A stretch of DNA of 64,000 nucleotides. It comes from a virus. The notes under the pieces were generated by a model that worked only from the letters and a program-made list of their open reading frames with translations, was not told the origin of the DNA and searched no databases. Both the position numbers and the translations under genes were made by a program. Of the stretch, positions 10,351-19,843 are shown piece by piece (position 1 is the first letter of the stretch; the number at the start of each line of letters is the position of its first letter). The DNA lies in the IMG/VR virus record IMGVR_UViG_3300047494_000107, positions 32,001 through 96,000 of that record, one strand, 5' to 3'.

Positions 10351-12186
10351 ATGCCAAACATGGACGTCCCGTTCCAGGGTTCCACGCTCATCATTCCGGG
10401 TGCCTATTACGCTGACAACGTCAGTGCCGCGCTGCCCGCCAACGCGCCCGTCACGCCGCCTCTGCTGTTCGTCGGCTTCGGCTACGGCCCAAAGCCGTTG
10501 ACGATCAACCAGTTCAGCAGCACACAGGACCTGCAGACGGCGCTTCGTGGCGGACCTGCCTCGGCTTTCATCCCCTTCATCGCCACGCCTTCGCCGCAGC
10601 TCAATGGCGCGCAGATCGTCACGTTCATTGATGTCAGTTCGAACACCCAGAGCACCATCAACCTGACCGGCGGCACGGGTGCGACCAACGTCCTGGCGTT
10701 GACGTCGGACCTTTATGGGTTGCCGTCGAACCTGTTGCAGACCAGCGTATCCACCTCGTCGTACGGCGCGGTCTACACCGGCAACACGAATGCCGCGGCA
10801 TCGCGCCTTCTGACGATCTACGACGGCTATACCGGCACAACGGTTCAGCAAGACAACCTCGGCATTCCGTTCCAAGTCGCTTACACGGGCGCTGCGTCAG
10901 CCGCGAGTTACACCGTCACGGCTACGGGCGGTGTTGCCACGAAGATCGTGCTGACGAGCAGCAATCCGGGCGAGAGCGTCACGGTTCCGATCAGTTCGGG
11001 TGCTTACCAGACCATTTCTCAAGTCGTCAGTTACATCGAAGGCACAGGTTTCTGGACAGCGAACACGCTGACCAACGGCGATTTGCCCGCGACGAACCTC
11101 GACGCTGGCAGTGGTGTTCTTCCGGTCCCGTCGGGCAGTACGCTCACGTATGGCTATCCGTCGGCCACACTCGGCGATGTCGTTTGGTGGATCAACAACC
11201 ACGCCGGCAATCTCGCCACGGCGTCTGTTAGCGGGTCGCCCACGGCTGGTCCTGCGAGCGCTCTGACGGCGCTGCCGTTGACGCATTTCACGGGCGGCCA
11301 GAGCATTCCGCCGACGACTTCCAGCTACGCCAGCGGTCTGACTGTGGCGCTGTCCACGGCGGCTTGGACGGTTATCACGGACACCGCGGCTCCAGCCGCC
11401 CAGCAGCTCATGGCGCAGCACGCCTTGCTGGCGTCCGAGCCTGGCTATGGCAAGTGGCGGCGCGCGGTCACGGGTTCGAACCTGGGTGATAGCGTCTCGA
11501 CGACGCTGACGAACGCCGCGGCTTTGAACGTCGTTGAGGCGACCTACGTCTACCCGGGCATTCAGCGTGCTGATCCGGTGAGCGGCCAGATCATCAACCG
11601 ACCTGGTCTCTACGCCGCGGCGGCTGTGGCGGCGATGATGACGGGCAATGGCGCCAATGTGCCGCTGACGAACAAGGCGCTCGTCGCGTCCGGCATGGAG
11701 TTGAACAACAACCTGCCAGTTAGCTTGACGCTGTCGCAGATCGACCAGCTTCAACAGGGCGGCGTCATGCCGATCGCTGTGCTGGACAATACGCGTGTGC
11801 CGAAAGTCGTGTCGGATTTCACGACCTGGCTGATCGACGACAATCCCGAGAACGTCTTCAACCAGCAGATCGCCGAAAGATTCTACCTCGCCTACACGAT
11901 GGTGAACACGCTGCAGCCGTACGTGGGGACCACTGCTGACCCGTATGACGAGATGAAGATCTTGAATGCGGCGAAAGCGGCGTTGAACAACGTCACGTAC
12001 AGCCAGGGTAACCCGACTGGGGTGATCTCGTCATGGGACCCCAGCACATTGGCGCTGGTCTACTCGGGCAGCAATCAGGTCGCGGCGATCACGGTGAACG
12101 CGGTGTTGGTGGGCCAGAACAGGTTTATCACATGCGTCGTTAACGTACTGGCGCTGAATATCTCCATTACTGCGTCTTCGACCTAA
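10351..12186 (+). CDS. Contractile tail sheath protein
   Basis: 611 aa; N-terminal IIPGAY; AAAVAAM..PLTNK..L..GGV sheath C-terminal pattern; directly precedes tube gene. Confidence 0.88.
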   Translation: MPNMDVPFQGSTLIIPGAYYADNVSAALPANAPVTPPLLFVGFGYGPKPLTINQFSSTQDLQTALRGGPASAFIPFIATPSPQLNGAQIVTFIDVSSNTQSTINLTGGTGATNVLALTSDLYGLPSNLLQTSVSTSSYGAVYTGNTNAAASRLLTIYDGYTGTTVQQDNLGIPFQVAYTGAASAASYTVTATGGVATKIVLTSSNPGESVTVPISSGAYQTISQVVSYIEGTGFWTANTLTNGDLPATNLDAGSGVLPVPSGSTLTYGYPSATLGDVVWWINNHAGNLATASVSGSPTAGPASALTALPLTHFTGGQSIPPTTSSYASGLTVALSTAAWTVITDTAAPAAQQLMAQHALLASEPGYGKWRRAVTGSNLGDSVSTTLTNAAALNVVEATYVYPGIQRADPVSGQIINRPGLYAAAAVAAMMTGNGANVPLTNKALVASGMELNNNLPVSLTLSQIDQLQQGGVMPIAVLDNTRVPKVVSDFTTWLIDDNPENVFNQQIAERFYLAYTMVNTLQPYVGTTADPYDEMKILNAAKAALNNVTYSQGNPTGVISSWDPSTLALVYSGSNQVAAITVNAVLVGQNRFITCVVNVLALNISITASST

Positions 12187-12202
12187 GTAGAGGATCAGGA
12201 CA

Positions 12203-12727
12203 GTGCCCGGGTTTGGCGCCAAGCAACTTAACTACGCGGCCCTAAACGCTAACAGCGTTGCCGTTCTTATCGGTGACATTGTTGTTGCGTTCGCCCAGAC
12301 CGCGTCGTACTCGTTTGGGTTCGGCACCGAGGCGTACTACGGTATCGGATCTGCCATGCCGCAGGAGATTCAGCAGCTGCGCGTCGGGCCCGACATCAGC
12401 ATCGACTCGATCGTCTTGACGGCAGCCGGCACGACACTTCTGCAAGGCGGGACAGACATCAGCACCCTGCTTGCCAACAACGCTGTAGACCTCCACGTAA
12501 CCTCGGGAACCACTAACCCGCAGGTTCTGTTTACTTATGTCGGGTGTGTCGCGTCGAACTTCTCCGAGTCCGTGTCGGCCAACCGTCCCGTTACGAGGAC
12601 GATTTCGTTTATGGCGCTCGATGTTTTGTCAAAGGACGGGACCTCGATTCTTAACAGTGGAAGCGCCTTCACTGTGACGAGCGCGGTGGCTGGCGGGTCT
12701 GCAGCACTCGGGCTAGTGACAAGCTAA
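12203..12727 (+). CDS. Tail tube protein
   Basis: Follows sheath; GTxxYxIGSxMPQE..LR and YxGCxAxNxxE pattern. Confidence 0.85.
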   Translation: MPGFGAKQLNYAALNANSVAVLIGDIVVAFAQTASYSFGFGTEAYYGIGSAMPQEIQQLRVGPDISIDSIVLTAAGTTLLQGGTDISTLLANNAVDLHVTSGTTNPQVLFTYVGCVASNFSESVSANRPVTRTISFMALDVLSKDGTSILNSGSAFTVTSAVAGGSAALGLVTS

Positions 12728-12826
12728 ATAGTCCTTGCGCTATGTACCGAGCATCAGGTAAACTGACGCTGCATAAAGCGGCCAAGCAGGCGGCGTCGTA
12801 GCGCCTCGCTATACTCTCTTTCGAAG

Positions 12827-12854
12827 TGACCCCGTCGTTGGTGCGGCGGGGTCA
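12827..12854. terminator. Hairpin between convergent units
   Basis: TGACCCCGTCG-TTGGTG-CGGCGGGGTCA, 11-bp stem with one G-U pair; no clear U-tract. Confidence 0.55.
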
Positions 12855-12861
12855 TAAACTA

Positions 12862-13113
12862 TCACGCAGCCGGCCGGATTGAGGCTGGTGGTAGCGCCTC
12901 CATGAACTCCTGCAGACTGTCAGACGGTATCAGCGTACGTGAGCCGAACTTCACGGCGCGGATCTGTCCAGCGGCGATGATCCGATTGACTTGAGACCGG
13001 CTGGAGTCGAGCGCATCCACCACGTCTCGAATACTCAACATTCGATGCGTAGGCGGCGTGCGCCTGTCAGGAGACAGGGCGGCTCGATTTGCGGTTCGGG
13101 TGTCTGATGTCAT
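12862..13113 (-). CDS. Excisionase-family (HTH_17) DNA-binding protein
   Basis: LSIRDVVDALDSSRSQVNRIIAAGQIRAVKFGSRTLIP. Confidence 0.8.
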   Translation of the reverse strand: MTSDTRTANRAALSPDRRTPPTHRMLSIRDVVDALDSSRSQVNRIIAAGQIRAVKFGSRTLIPSDSLQEFMEALPPASIRPAA

Positions 13114-13114
13114 G

Positions 13115-13321
13115 TTAACGCGCCTTATATGCTGGCATCGAATCCAGCAGGCGGTTCAGTTCGGCAACTGGGATCAACGTCCGACGGCCGGACTTTATTG
13201 CCCGCAGCTGTCCGCTGGAGAGATACTCGTACAGCTTCGTCGTTTTGATCCCGGTGAATCTGACGGATTCACTAACAGTAAGATTTGCAGGCTTTATCTC
13301 GTCTGAAACAACGGCGGTCAT
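13115..13321 (-). CDS. Excisionase-family (HTH_17) DNA-binding protein
   Basis: LTVSESVRFTGIKTTKLYEYLSSGQLRAIKSGRRTLIP. Confidence 0.82.
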   Translation of the reverse strand: MTAVVSDEIKPANLTVSESVRFTGIKTTKLYEYLSSGQLRAIKSGRRTLIPVAELNRLLDSMPAYKAR

Positions 13322-13379
13322 ATCTATACCTCATCTATGGCGTATACGATGGCATACGCGCTTGCTCGCACTGATGTGC

Positions 13380-13466
13380 AGTATCGTGCAGTCATGTGTC
13401 TCATGTCAAGACAAATCTCCCCGCATGAGACAACTCTTGACGGGTGAGATGTATCACCTGTAGCAT
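13380..13466. promoter_or_regulatory. Divergent sigma70-type promoters with inverted repeats
   Basis: Minus strand TTGACA-18-GATACT; plus strand TTGACG-18-TAGCAT; IR TGTCTCATG/CATGAGACA (13397/13424); GGTGA-N6-TCACC in the plus-strand spacer. Confidence 0.6.
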
Positions 13467-13494
13467 ACGGCCATTCAGCATACTGGGTGGTCGC

Positions 13495-13959
13495 GTGAGC
13501 GGTACGGTCTCGGAGTCCCAAGAGAAGCGCTGGGATTTTCTCAACAATCAAATCGTCATCCGGGCGAAGTCGGGCGAGACCTTTACGTTCAAGGTCCCCA
13601 GCATGATGCAATTCGCGGCGATCGGCTGCGCTGCTGCGGCGATGCGGCGCTCTCTGTCGCCCGACGGTATTGGCCTGATCTCCACGCTCGACCGCGGCAC
13701 TGCCGACGCTGTGTGGGGCTTCGCCATGTTCGAAGCCCTGCTCGTCAAGGCCAGCGTCGAATGGCCGTTCTCAAAGGACGCCGACGGCAAGCCAGTCGTC
13801 AAAGCCGCGAACTTCGGCGCCGAGCACACCGTGGAGTTCGAGGAGGTAGTCGCCCTTCTGGACGACGCGCTGTTTCAAGTTAGAAGCGGACGGGTTGCCA
13901 ACGGATCATCCAACACTCAACAAGCTGTGGATGGCGGCGGAAATACAGGGGCACCGTGA
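13495..13959 (+). CDS. Tail assembly chaperone
   Basis: Lies between tube and tape measure; GTG start at 13495. Confidence 0.7.
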   Translation: MSGTVSESQEKRWDFLNNQIVIRAKSGETFTFKVPSMMQFAAIGCAAAAMRRSLSPDGIGLISTLDRGTADAVWGFAMFEALLVKASVEWPFSKDADGKPVVKAANFGAEHTVEFEEVVALLDDALFQVRSGRVANGSSNTQQAVDGGGNTGAP

Positions 13960-14281
13960 CCCCTTTCATCCGAGGCTTCTCGGCCTGACACTACCTCAAC
14001 TTGACTTCGTCCTTGAAAAAGCGGCGCTGTCTGAGCCGGACAAATACCGGTTTAGCCGCGGCAAGCCTCCGGAGCCTGTATCAAACGCGACCGCCGCATG
14101 GTGGAGTGTCTTCGAGGGCGGGGCGTTGCAGCGTCTCATGTCTCGCACTCTGAACATGTCCGTGATACGAAAGCGAAAAGCGGAAGCAACTCCTCCGCCA
14201 GGACTTGGATTGCGCGGAAAGGGCTTGAAGGATGGTGTCGCGGATACTGCTGACGGGCCCGACACCGGGCGGGGCCAATAG
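13874..14281 (+). CDS. Tail assembly chaperone extension, probably reached by +1 frameshift
   Basis: +1 frame is open from 13850 and overlaps the chaperone; TTT-C at 13873-13876. Confidence 0.55.
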   Translation, partial: FKLEADGLPTDHPTLNKLWMAAEIQGHRDPFHPRLLGLTLPQLDFVLEKAALSEPDKYRFSRGKPPEPVSNATAAWWSVFEGGALQRLMSRTLNMSVIRKRKAEATPPPGLGLRGKGLKDGVADTADGPDTGRGQ

Positions 14282-16718
14282 GCGCGCGGCGAACGGCAAG
14301 ACCGTCGGGGACAATATCAGGGACGCTGCGGCTGATACGAACGCTCGCCAAGCCGGCGCTGAAGACTCCAAGCTATCAGGCAACGGCATCGCCGGCATAG
14401 CAGATGCCATCAAGGCGTCCATGGCGTCGCAGATGGGCGTGTTGACGAGCATCGCGTCCAACACGGCGGCGATCGCGACGAACACCGCGCAGGCTAACAC
14501 ACACCTCGCCGCTATAGCCGGGAAACTAGGCGGCGCGATCGGAGGTGGTTCTGGCGGCGGGAGCGGTGGGGGTGGCGCGCGAGCAAGAGGCAGTCGCGCA
14601 AGCCCCGCAGCATCAGCGGGTGGCCCTGCAAGCGCATATCGTTACGGCGCTATGGCGAACGGTCTTGCTCCAGGTATGGGCGGCTTCAACGCGGCTGGTT
14701 CGCTAGGACGAGGCCGTAGCTTCACGCCACGCGGTATGACTGCGGGAGCGCCGCTCGGGACAGGTGGCGGAGGTCGAGGAGGCACCCCGACGACGCGATC
14801 CTTCGGCGGTGGCGGAGGCTGGGGCTGGGGAGGGGGTGGCGGTCTAGGCGCTGGCGCCAGCATGGTAGCCCGATACGCTGGTATGGGTGAGGCTGCGGGG
14901 CTTATGCGCCTTGCAGGCGCCGGTCCTCTAGGCGCCGTGGCGGGACTAGGCGTGGCGGCTGTCATGGGCCCCGAACTCCTCCATGGCATCGGCGGGTTCA
15001 TCGTTGATAAGACGGACGTCTACCGGGATTACGCGAAGGGTGTCGCCAACCTCGGAAATGCGGGCGGCTACGACTCGTCTATGCTGAACGGGATGTTCAG
15101 ACCAGGCAGCGGACTACCGACAGGCTGGATGCGCCAAACCGGTACGAGCGCCACCGACGCCGTGTCCAACTTGAACAAATACGGAATTGTTCAACGTAGC
15201 GCTCAAGGCGCCCACATGACAGCGGCGGCGCTCGCGGGCATTCCGCTTATGCAGGGTACGTCGGGCATGGACCCGAGCACCATCATCGCTTACGCGCGTA
15301 TGAGGGCTGGGCTTAGCGACGAACCGAACGTCGCCATGGGTGGATCTGCGTTCGGTTACGGCATAGGCACGGACGACTCTGGCGACTACAAGACCGCAGG
15401 CGGAGGCAGCGCCGCTGGTCGCATCCTGGGGCGGCTTGACACGGTGCTGAGCCGTGCTGTTGCGCAAGGTCTTGACCGCGCTACGGTCTTGCGATCAATC
15501 GACGCCAACATTCAGTATTCTGTTCGAAGCGGCGGCAACATCGTCGGCGGTCAAGCCGAGAGTTTCGTCAGCAGTATGATGAGTGGAAAATCGGCCGCGT
15601 CGCGATCAGGAACTCTTGCCGCGGATTTCCAGGCCGGCATTGGAAACTATCTTCAGGACCCCACCGCTAGCCCGACCTCGATGTTTTTCAGTACGGCTAT
15701 GATCCGAAAATACTCAACCAGGGACGCGCTTAAAGCTCTGAACCCTGAAACTTACAACAGCATTATGGCTGACCCACCTAAGAGACAATTGCTGGAGGAC
15801 CATCTTCGCCTAGCGGCAAACCCTGCGCAAGACACGACGTGGCCAGCAGTAATAGCTATGTACAGCGCCGCCGACCAAGCAACGGCGTTTGAGAGCGTGG
15901 CTAGTGGAATGCTGGGCGGCCTTGATACGCCGATCGGGCGAGCACGCTACTCGACAATGACAAACACGAAACCCTTGGCGACCGCGCAGTACGTTACAAC
16001 CCGCGGCCAGCGCAACAACAACCCACTGAACTTAACGTACGCGCCGGGCCAGGGCACGATAGGGCGCGACGGCAGGTTCGGTCGGTACTCGACCATGGAA
16101 GAAGGCGTCGCCGCAGCAGAGCGGCAGTTGCTGATTGATCAAGACAAGTACGGTTTTCGTACGCTGGCAAGCCTTATCGGTGACCCAGATCACGGGTGGT
16201 CTCCCGCCAAAGACGGCAATGACGTACCCGGCATTCTTGCCGACCTGAAGACCCTGTCTGGATACGGTCCGAACGACCCGATAAATATGCGCGATCCGGC
16301 CACGGCGCGAAAAGTCATCAACGCGATGGGTCGCCGTGAATCAGGGTTCAACGATCCGGCCGTCGTGAATCGTGGCGTTGCACAAGCGCTGGGTATTCCT
16401 GAGTCCGGTATTCCGACTGCCGCTGGGCCGGCTACTCGTCAAAAGATCGCCATGTTCGACAACACAGCCTCTGGCGTCCGAAACACCGAAGCGCTGAACG
16501 GTCAAGCCGCCCTGTCGACGTCGGAGGACGCATTCAAGAAGCTCTCGGCCGTCGCTGATTTGTCCAACACGGCGTCAATCGAGTTCGCTACGGCCACACG
16601 CAGCTTCGCCACGGCGGTCGACAAGCTCGTTGCCGCGGTCACGCCGATCATGGCGGGTAGAGCCGGCCGTGCTTATGGGCCTGGAGGCACTCCACTCGCC
16701 GAGCCGGGCAACCGCTAA
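14232..16718 (+). CDS. Tape measure protein with C-terminal lysozyme-like domain
   Basis: Ala/Gly-rich, 828 aa, follows chaperones; RNNNPLNL..GRFxxYxTxEEG..WSP..GND motif. Confidence 0.8.
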   Translation: MVSRILLTGPTPGGANRRAANGKTVGDNIRDAAADTNARQAGAEDSKLSGNGIAGIADAIKASMASQMGVLTSIASNTAAIATNTAQANTHLAAIAGKLGGAIGGGSGGGSGGGGARARGSRASPAASAGGPASAYRYGAMANGLAPGMGGFNAAGSLGRGRSFTPRGMTAGAPLGTGGGGRGGTPTTRSFGGGGGWGWGGGGGLGAGASMVARYAGMGEAAGLMRLAGAGPLGAVAGLGVAAVMGPELLHGIGGFIVDKTDVYRDYAKGVANLGNAGGYDSSMLNGMFRPGSGLPTGWMRQTGTSATDAVSNLNKYGIVQRSAQGAHMTAAALAGIPLMQGTSGMDPSTIIAYARMRAGLSDEPNVAMGGSAFGYGIGTDDSGDYKTAGGGSAAGRILGRLDTVLSRAVAQGLDRATVLRSIDANIQYSVRSGGNIVGGQAESFVSSMMSGKSAASRSGTLAADFQAGIGNYLQDPTASPTSMFFSTAMIRKYSTRDALKALNPETYNSIMADPPKRQLLEDHLRLAANPAQDTTWPAVIAMYSAADQATAFESVASGMLGGLDTPIGRARYSTMTNTKPLATAQYVTTRGQRNNNPLNLTYAPGQGTIGRDGRFGRYSTMEEGVAAAERQLLIDQDKYGFRTLASLIGDPDHGWSPAKDGNDVPGILADLKTLSGYGPNDPINMRDPATARKVINAMGRRESGFNDPAVVNRGVAQALGIPESGIPTAAGPATRQKIAMFDNTASGVRNTEALNGQAALSTSEDAFKKLSAVADLSNTASIEFATATRSFATAVDKLVAAVTPIMAGRAGRAYGPGGTPLAEPGNR

Positions 16719-18358
16719 TGATCAGCATCTCCCAATGCTTCATCGAGGTATACCCGTTCGAAGGCACGCCCTACGCCATCTCCTCGCCGAACATCCTCGC
16801 CGTCACAACCTCACGCAACATCCGCGAACCGGCTGGGTCTTTCTCTTTGTCATTGCGACCTGGCGGTCCTGGCGGTGTCGACGCCATCCCAACGTGGACA
16901 CAAATCATCACGCCGATGTCGCTCGTGCTGATCGGCATGCGGCGCGGTACGCATTCTCAGATCGTCATGATTGGTCTCGTGAGCGCTACGGCCGAAGACC
17001 AGGTTTGGCAGACGGGACGCGGCGCTCAGCGCGCCACGGTCGTCTCAGGCGGCGACTTTGGCTACTACTTCTCGCTGATGAACTACTACAGCTTGGGCTT
17101 CCTGGGCATGACAGCCGGCGCCGTGGCAGGAGAGGGGAGCCTGCTTCATACCGCAGTGGCTTTCCCGTCCATCTTGACCGGCAACGCCTACCAGTTCGGG
17201 CCGCCAGATCAGATTGGGCTGGCGTTCTACAACAACATCATGGTCGGGCCTGACGGGCTTCTGGCCAACAGCTTCGTGCCGTACCAGAACAACGCGCGCA
17301 TCCACATACGCGACGTGATCGGGACCTTCGTCGAGAAGTTCTACGACCTGATTATCCCCAACAACTCTGTCTTCATCACGACGGAAGGGTCGTGGCTGTC
17401 CAAGTTCTTCAACCTGTTCATGTTCCCGGTCTACGAGTTTTTCGTCACGACAGCGCCGCTGAACTACTACGGGACAGCGTCAGGGCAAAGCGCCGGCTAC
17501 TCTTTCACGATGAAGAGCATGCCCGAGGCAAAGGCTAGCGCGCCTGTCATGGTGGCACGGCTCAACCCGACACCGACGTTCACGACGACCTCCAACGGGT
17601 TCAACCAGGCGTTCAAATTGACCGGCATGGACATGTCACGCTGGAGTGCTCTGCCGGTGTTCACGCCGGAAGCCGGGTTCATTCAGTCGCATGTCGGGTT
17701 CTCCATGGACGAGGTGCGCAACTTCTACATCTTGAACCCTGTCGCCATGCGCAGCCTGACCGGCGACACGAACACCCAGACGAACATATTCGCATTTTCG
17801 ACCTACGGCATGGTCGACCCAGCGAGCGTGGTGCGGTACGGCTATAGGCCAGAGATCACGGCGACAGACTACTTCTCTGATCCGAACGGTTTGTACGCCC
17901 AAAAGGGCACCGTCGATGCGTCGCAGACCTTGTCCGTTATCTTGGCGCGAATTGCGGCGCACTACCACCCGACGCAGTTCATGGCACGGGCCGAAGTGAC
18001 GCTGCCGCTGAGGCCAGACATCATGATCGGCAATGTGTTTCGCTACGCGCCGTTCAAGGGGCAGCCGACGTGGGACTTCTACATCGAAGGCATTTCGCAC
18101 GTCTTTGACTTTGAACACGCGCAATCGGTGACGACGTTGAACCTGTCCCGCGGTCTTCCGTCGTCGATCTACGCTGACAGTTCAAGCGCTGGGCTGTTGA
18201 TGAGCGTCCACACGGGGAACGCGCAGAGAGTCGACGGAGTCTACGAGGCGGGGCTGCCGGCTGGAACAGGCCCCGCTCTTGAGTCATTCACACCCGGACC
18301 GCAGATCAATCAGTTCCTGGGGCAGATCTCCCCAGGTTTCACACAGCCGCAGTTTTAG
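16718..18358 (+). CDS. Baseplate hub-like tail protein
   Basis: Follows tape measure; GSFSLSL..W..IITPMSLV; LRPDIMIG..FYIEGISHVF..TTLNLSRG. Confidence 0.7.
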   Translation: MISISQCFIEVYPFEGTPYAISSPNILAVTTSRNIREPAGSFSLSLRPGGPGGVDAIPTWTQIITPMSLVLIGMRRGTHSQIVMIGLVSATAEDQVWQTGRGAQRATVVSGGDFGYYFSLMNYYSLGFLGMTAGAVAGEGSLLHTAVAFPSILTGNAYQFGPPDQIGLAFYNNIMVGPDGLLANSFVPYQNNARIHIRDVIGTFVEKFYDLIIPNNSVFITTEGSWLSKFFNLFMFPVYEFFVTTAPLNYYGTASGQSAGYSFTMKSMPEAKASAPVMVARLNPTPTFTTTSNGFNQAFKLTGMDMSRWSALPVFTPEAGFIQSHVGFSMDEVRNFYILNPVAMRSLTGDTNTQTNIFAFSTYGMVDPASVVRYGYRPEITATDYFSDPNGLYAQKGTVDASQTLSVILARIAAHYHPTQFMARAEVTLPLRPDIMIGNVFRYAPFKGQPTWDFYIEGISHVFDFEHAQSVTTLNLSRGLPSSIYADSSSAGLLMSVHTGNAQRVDGVYEAGLPAGTGPALESFTPGPQINQFLGQISPGFTQPQF

Positions 18359-18699
18359 AAGTGCGTCGTACCGTCAGGGTCGATCGTCTCACCATCGACA
18401 GGCGGTGTTGAGTCGGGGGACGACGTGGTTGCCGGCGCCGACCCAGGTTTCGTGTCGTCGGTCTTAAGCGTGATGTGTGTGTTCGGGAACAGGTCGCGCA
18501 GGGCGTAGCAGCGATGGTCGACGATCTGAAGATGCGCCTTGGTTGCCTTTTCGGAATTGACTTTGTAGTATTTGTCGCACTCGACAACCGTCATGAGCGT
18601 CGGCTGTTCCACGCTGGCGACGTGGCAGGTTGCGGCTGAGGGGGCTTGACCCGCCGCGCAGACTGTCATCAGAAGTCCGAAGATCGTAGGCGCCGCCAT
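18355..18699 (-). CDS. Small exported/Cys-containing hypothetical protein
   Basis: Hydrophobic N-terminus, four Cys. Confidence 0.6.
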   Translation of the reverse strand: MAAPTIFGLLMTVCAAGQAPSAATCHVASVEQPTLMTVVECDKYYKVNSEKATKAHLQIVDHRCYALRDLFPNTHITLKTDDTKPGSAPATTSSPDSTPPVDGETIDPDGTTHF

Positions 18700-18700
18700 G

Positions 18701-18967
18701 TCAGGTATCCTTCTGGGTTGAAAGTCGGTTCAGTTTTCGCTCGTCACGCTGGAAACCCGCCACGCTGAGCAGGATGGCGGGGTCCATGGCCAAGGCCGTC
18801 GCCATGTCGGCAAAGAAAGTGTCATGCGGGACGCGCTTGCCGGCGACGACGATGGATATGTACGCAGGGCTTTTGCACATCACTTGCGCCAGCTTTGACT
18901 GGTTCCAGCCAAGCTCGGCGAGGCGCGTTCGGATGACGTGGCCGATCGTAGGCATGTAGCCGTTCAT
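18701..18967 (-). CDS. XRE-family HTH regulator
   Basis: LGWNQSKLAQVMCKSPAYISIVVAGKR. Confidence 0.8.
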   Translation of the reverse strand: MNGYMPTIGHVIRTRLAELGWNQSKLAQVMCKSPAYISIVVAGKRVPHDTFFADMATALAMDPAILLSVAGFQRDERKLNRLSTQKDT

Positions 18968-19296
18968 TCGTTGTCACCGTTTTCAAGATACTCGCAGTGG
19001 AAATGCTCGTCGTCTCCTTCGACGCCCCAGACCATGACACAGGGGCCGTTCACGTCGTCAATCAGGTCGGCGTGGTGGAATATCAGGCTGGACGGTTTTC
19101 CCAGACCCCAGAGGGTTCGAATGTCTGCAATCGTCCTCTCGACGATGTCGTCCAACGGGACAGGCCCTTTCCAGGCCAGCGAAATAGGGCCTTCGTATCT
19201 CGGGTATCGCTCTTTGGCTTTAAGCATGGTGATTTCGTCCGTGATGTCGACGGGGTCCAACGCGACGTATCCGAGTTTGTCTGTCACAGGAACCAT
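18964..19296 (-). CDS. Hypothetical protein
   Basis: ATGA overlap with the HTH gene; start chosen at 19296. Confidence 0.5.
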   Translation of the reverse strand: MVPVTDKLGYVALDPVDITDEITMLKAKERYPRYEGPISLAWKGPVPLDDIVERTIADIRTLWGLGKPSSLIFHHADLIDDVNGPCVMVWGVEGDDEHFHCEYLENGDNE

Positions 19297-19448
19297 CTCG
19301 CCAAACTGGCAAGTGCTAGCAGCCCGATTACGCAGAAGCCATGAACCACCCCGTTGCAAGCGGGACAGTCTTCAAACGGCCAATGGATAAACCAGGGGCA
19401 GCCACAGTCTCGCTTGCGGCTCTGAGCACCCTCGCCGTCATTCGACAT
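19284..19448 (-). CDS. Small Cys-rich membrane protein
   Basis: GGAGG RBS then ATG at 19448; CGC..CPAC and a hydrophobic C-terminus. Confidence 0.5.
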   Translation of the reverse strand: MSNDGEGAQSRKRDCGCPWFIHWPFEDCPACNGVVHGFCVIGLLALASLARWFL

Positions 19449-19620
19449 CAACACAGTCCTCCGGTGAATACGCCTCGCAAGCCAGATCCAGCTTAGCGAA
19501 AGCGCCGGGCAGGCCGCAGTCGCCGACCTTCCCGTTAGTTGCTCGGACAAGAGACCAACGCGCCAGGACTTCCTCGGCAGCGTCAAGTAGCTTGGCTTCT
19601 CGGTTGGCTGGCTCAGAGAT
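19438..19620 (-). CDS. 60-aa ORF with ATC start (non-canonical or mutated)
   Basis: GGAGG-cttcag-ATC TCT GAG; fills the gap between neighbours; (I)SEPANREAKLLDAAEEVLARW.. Confidence 0.4.
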   Translation of the reverse strand: MSEPANREAKLLDAAEEVLARWSLVRATNGKVGDCGLPGAFAKLDLACEAYSPEDCVDVE

Positions 19621-19843
19621 CTGAAGCCTCCATCCGGTCTAACGCACGTGTCAGGTTCGCCGTCATGTAGCCCACCACAGATTCGGCATTCAAATTCATT
19701 CCGTGAAGCGTACCGTCTACGTATAGATGAAACCGCACACCCCTTTCCGGGTGGTTTTTCCACGTGAAAGCCGAGACCTTGAAGGACTCACCGAGGATTG
19801 TGCCTTCGGCTACGTCAGTCTCATGCACGTCAGACACGCTCAA
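19613..19843 (-). CDS. Hypothetical protein
   Basis: GAGGAGG RBS; overlaps neighbours. Confidence 0.6.
   Translation of the reverse strand: MSVSDVHETDVAEGTILGESFKVSAFTWKNHPERGVRFHLYVDGTLHGMNLNAESVVGYMTANLTRALDRMEASDL

Noticed and set aside
13324-13611. 95-aa minus-strand ORF
   Set aside because: Overlaps the divergent promoter region and the chaperone; no recognisable motif
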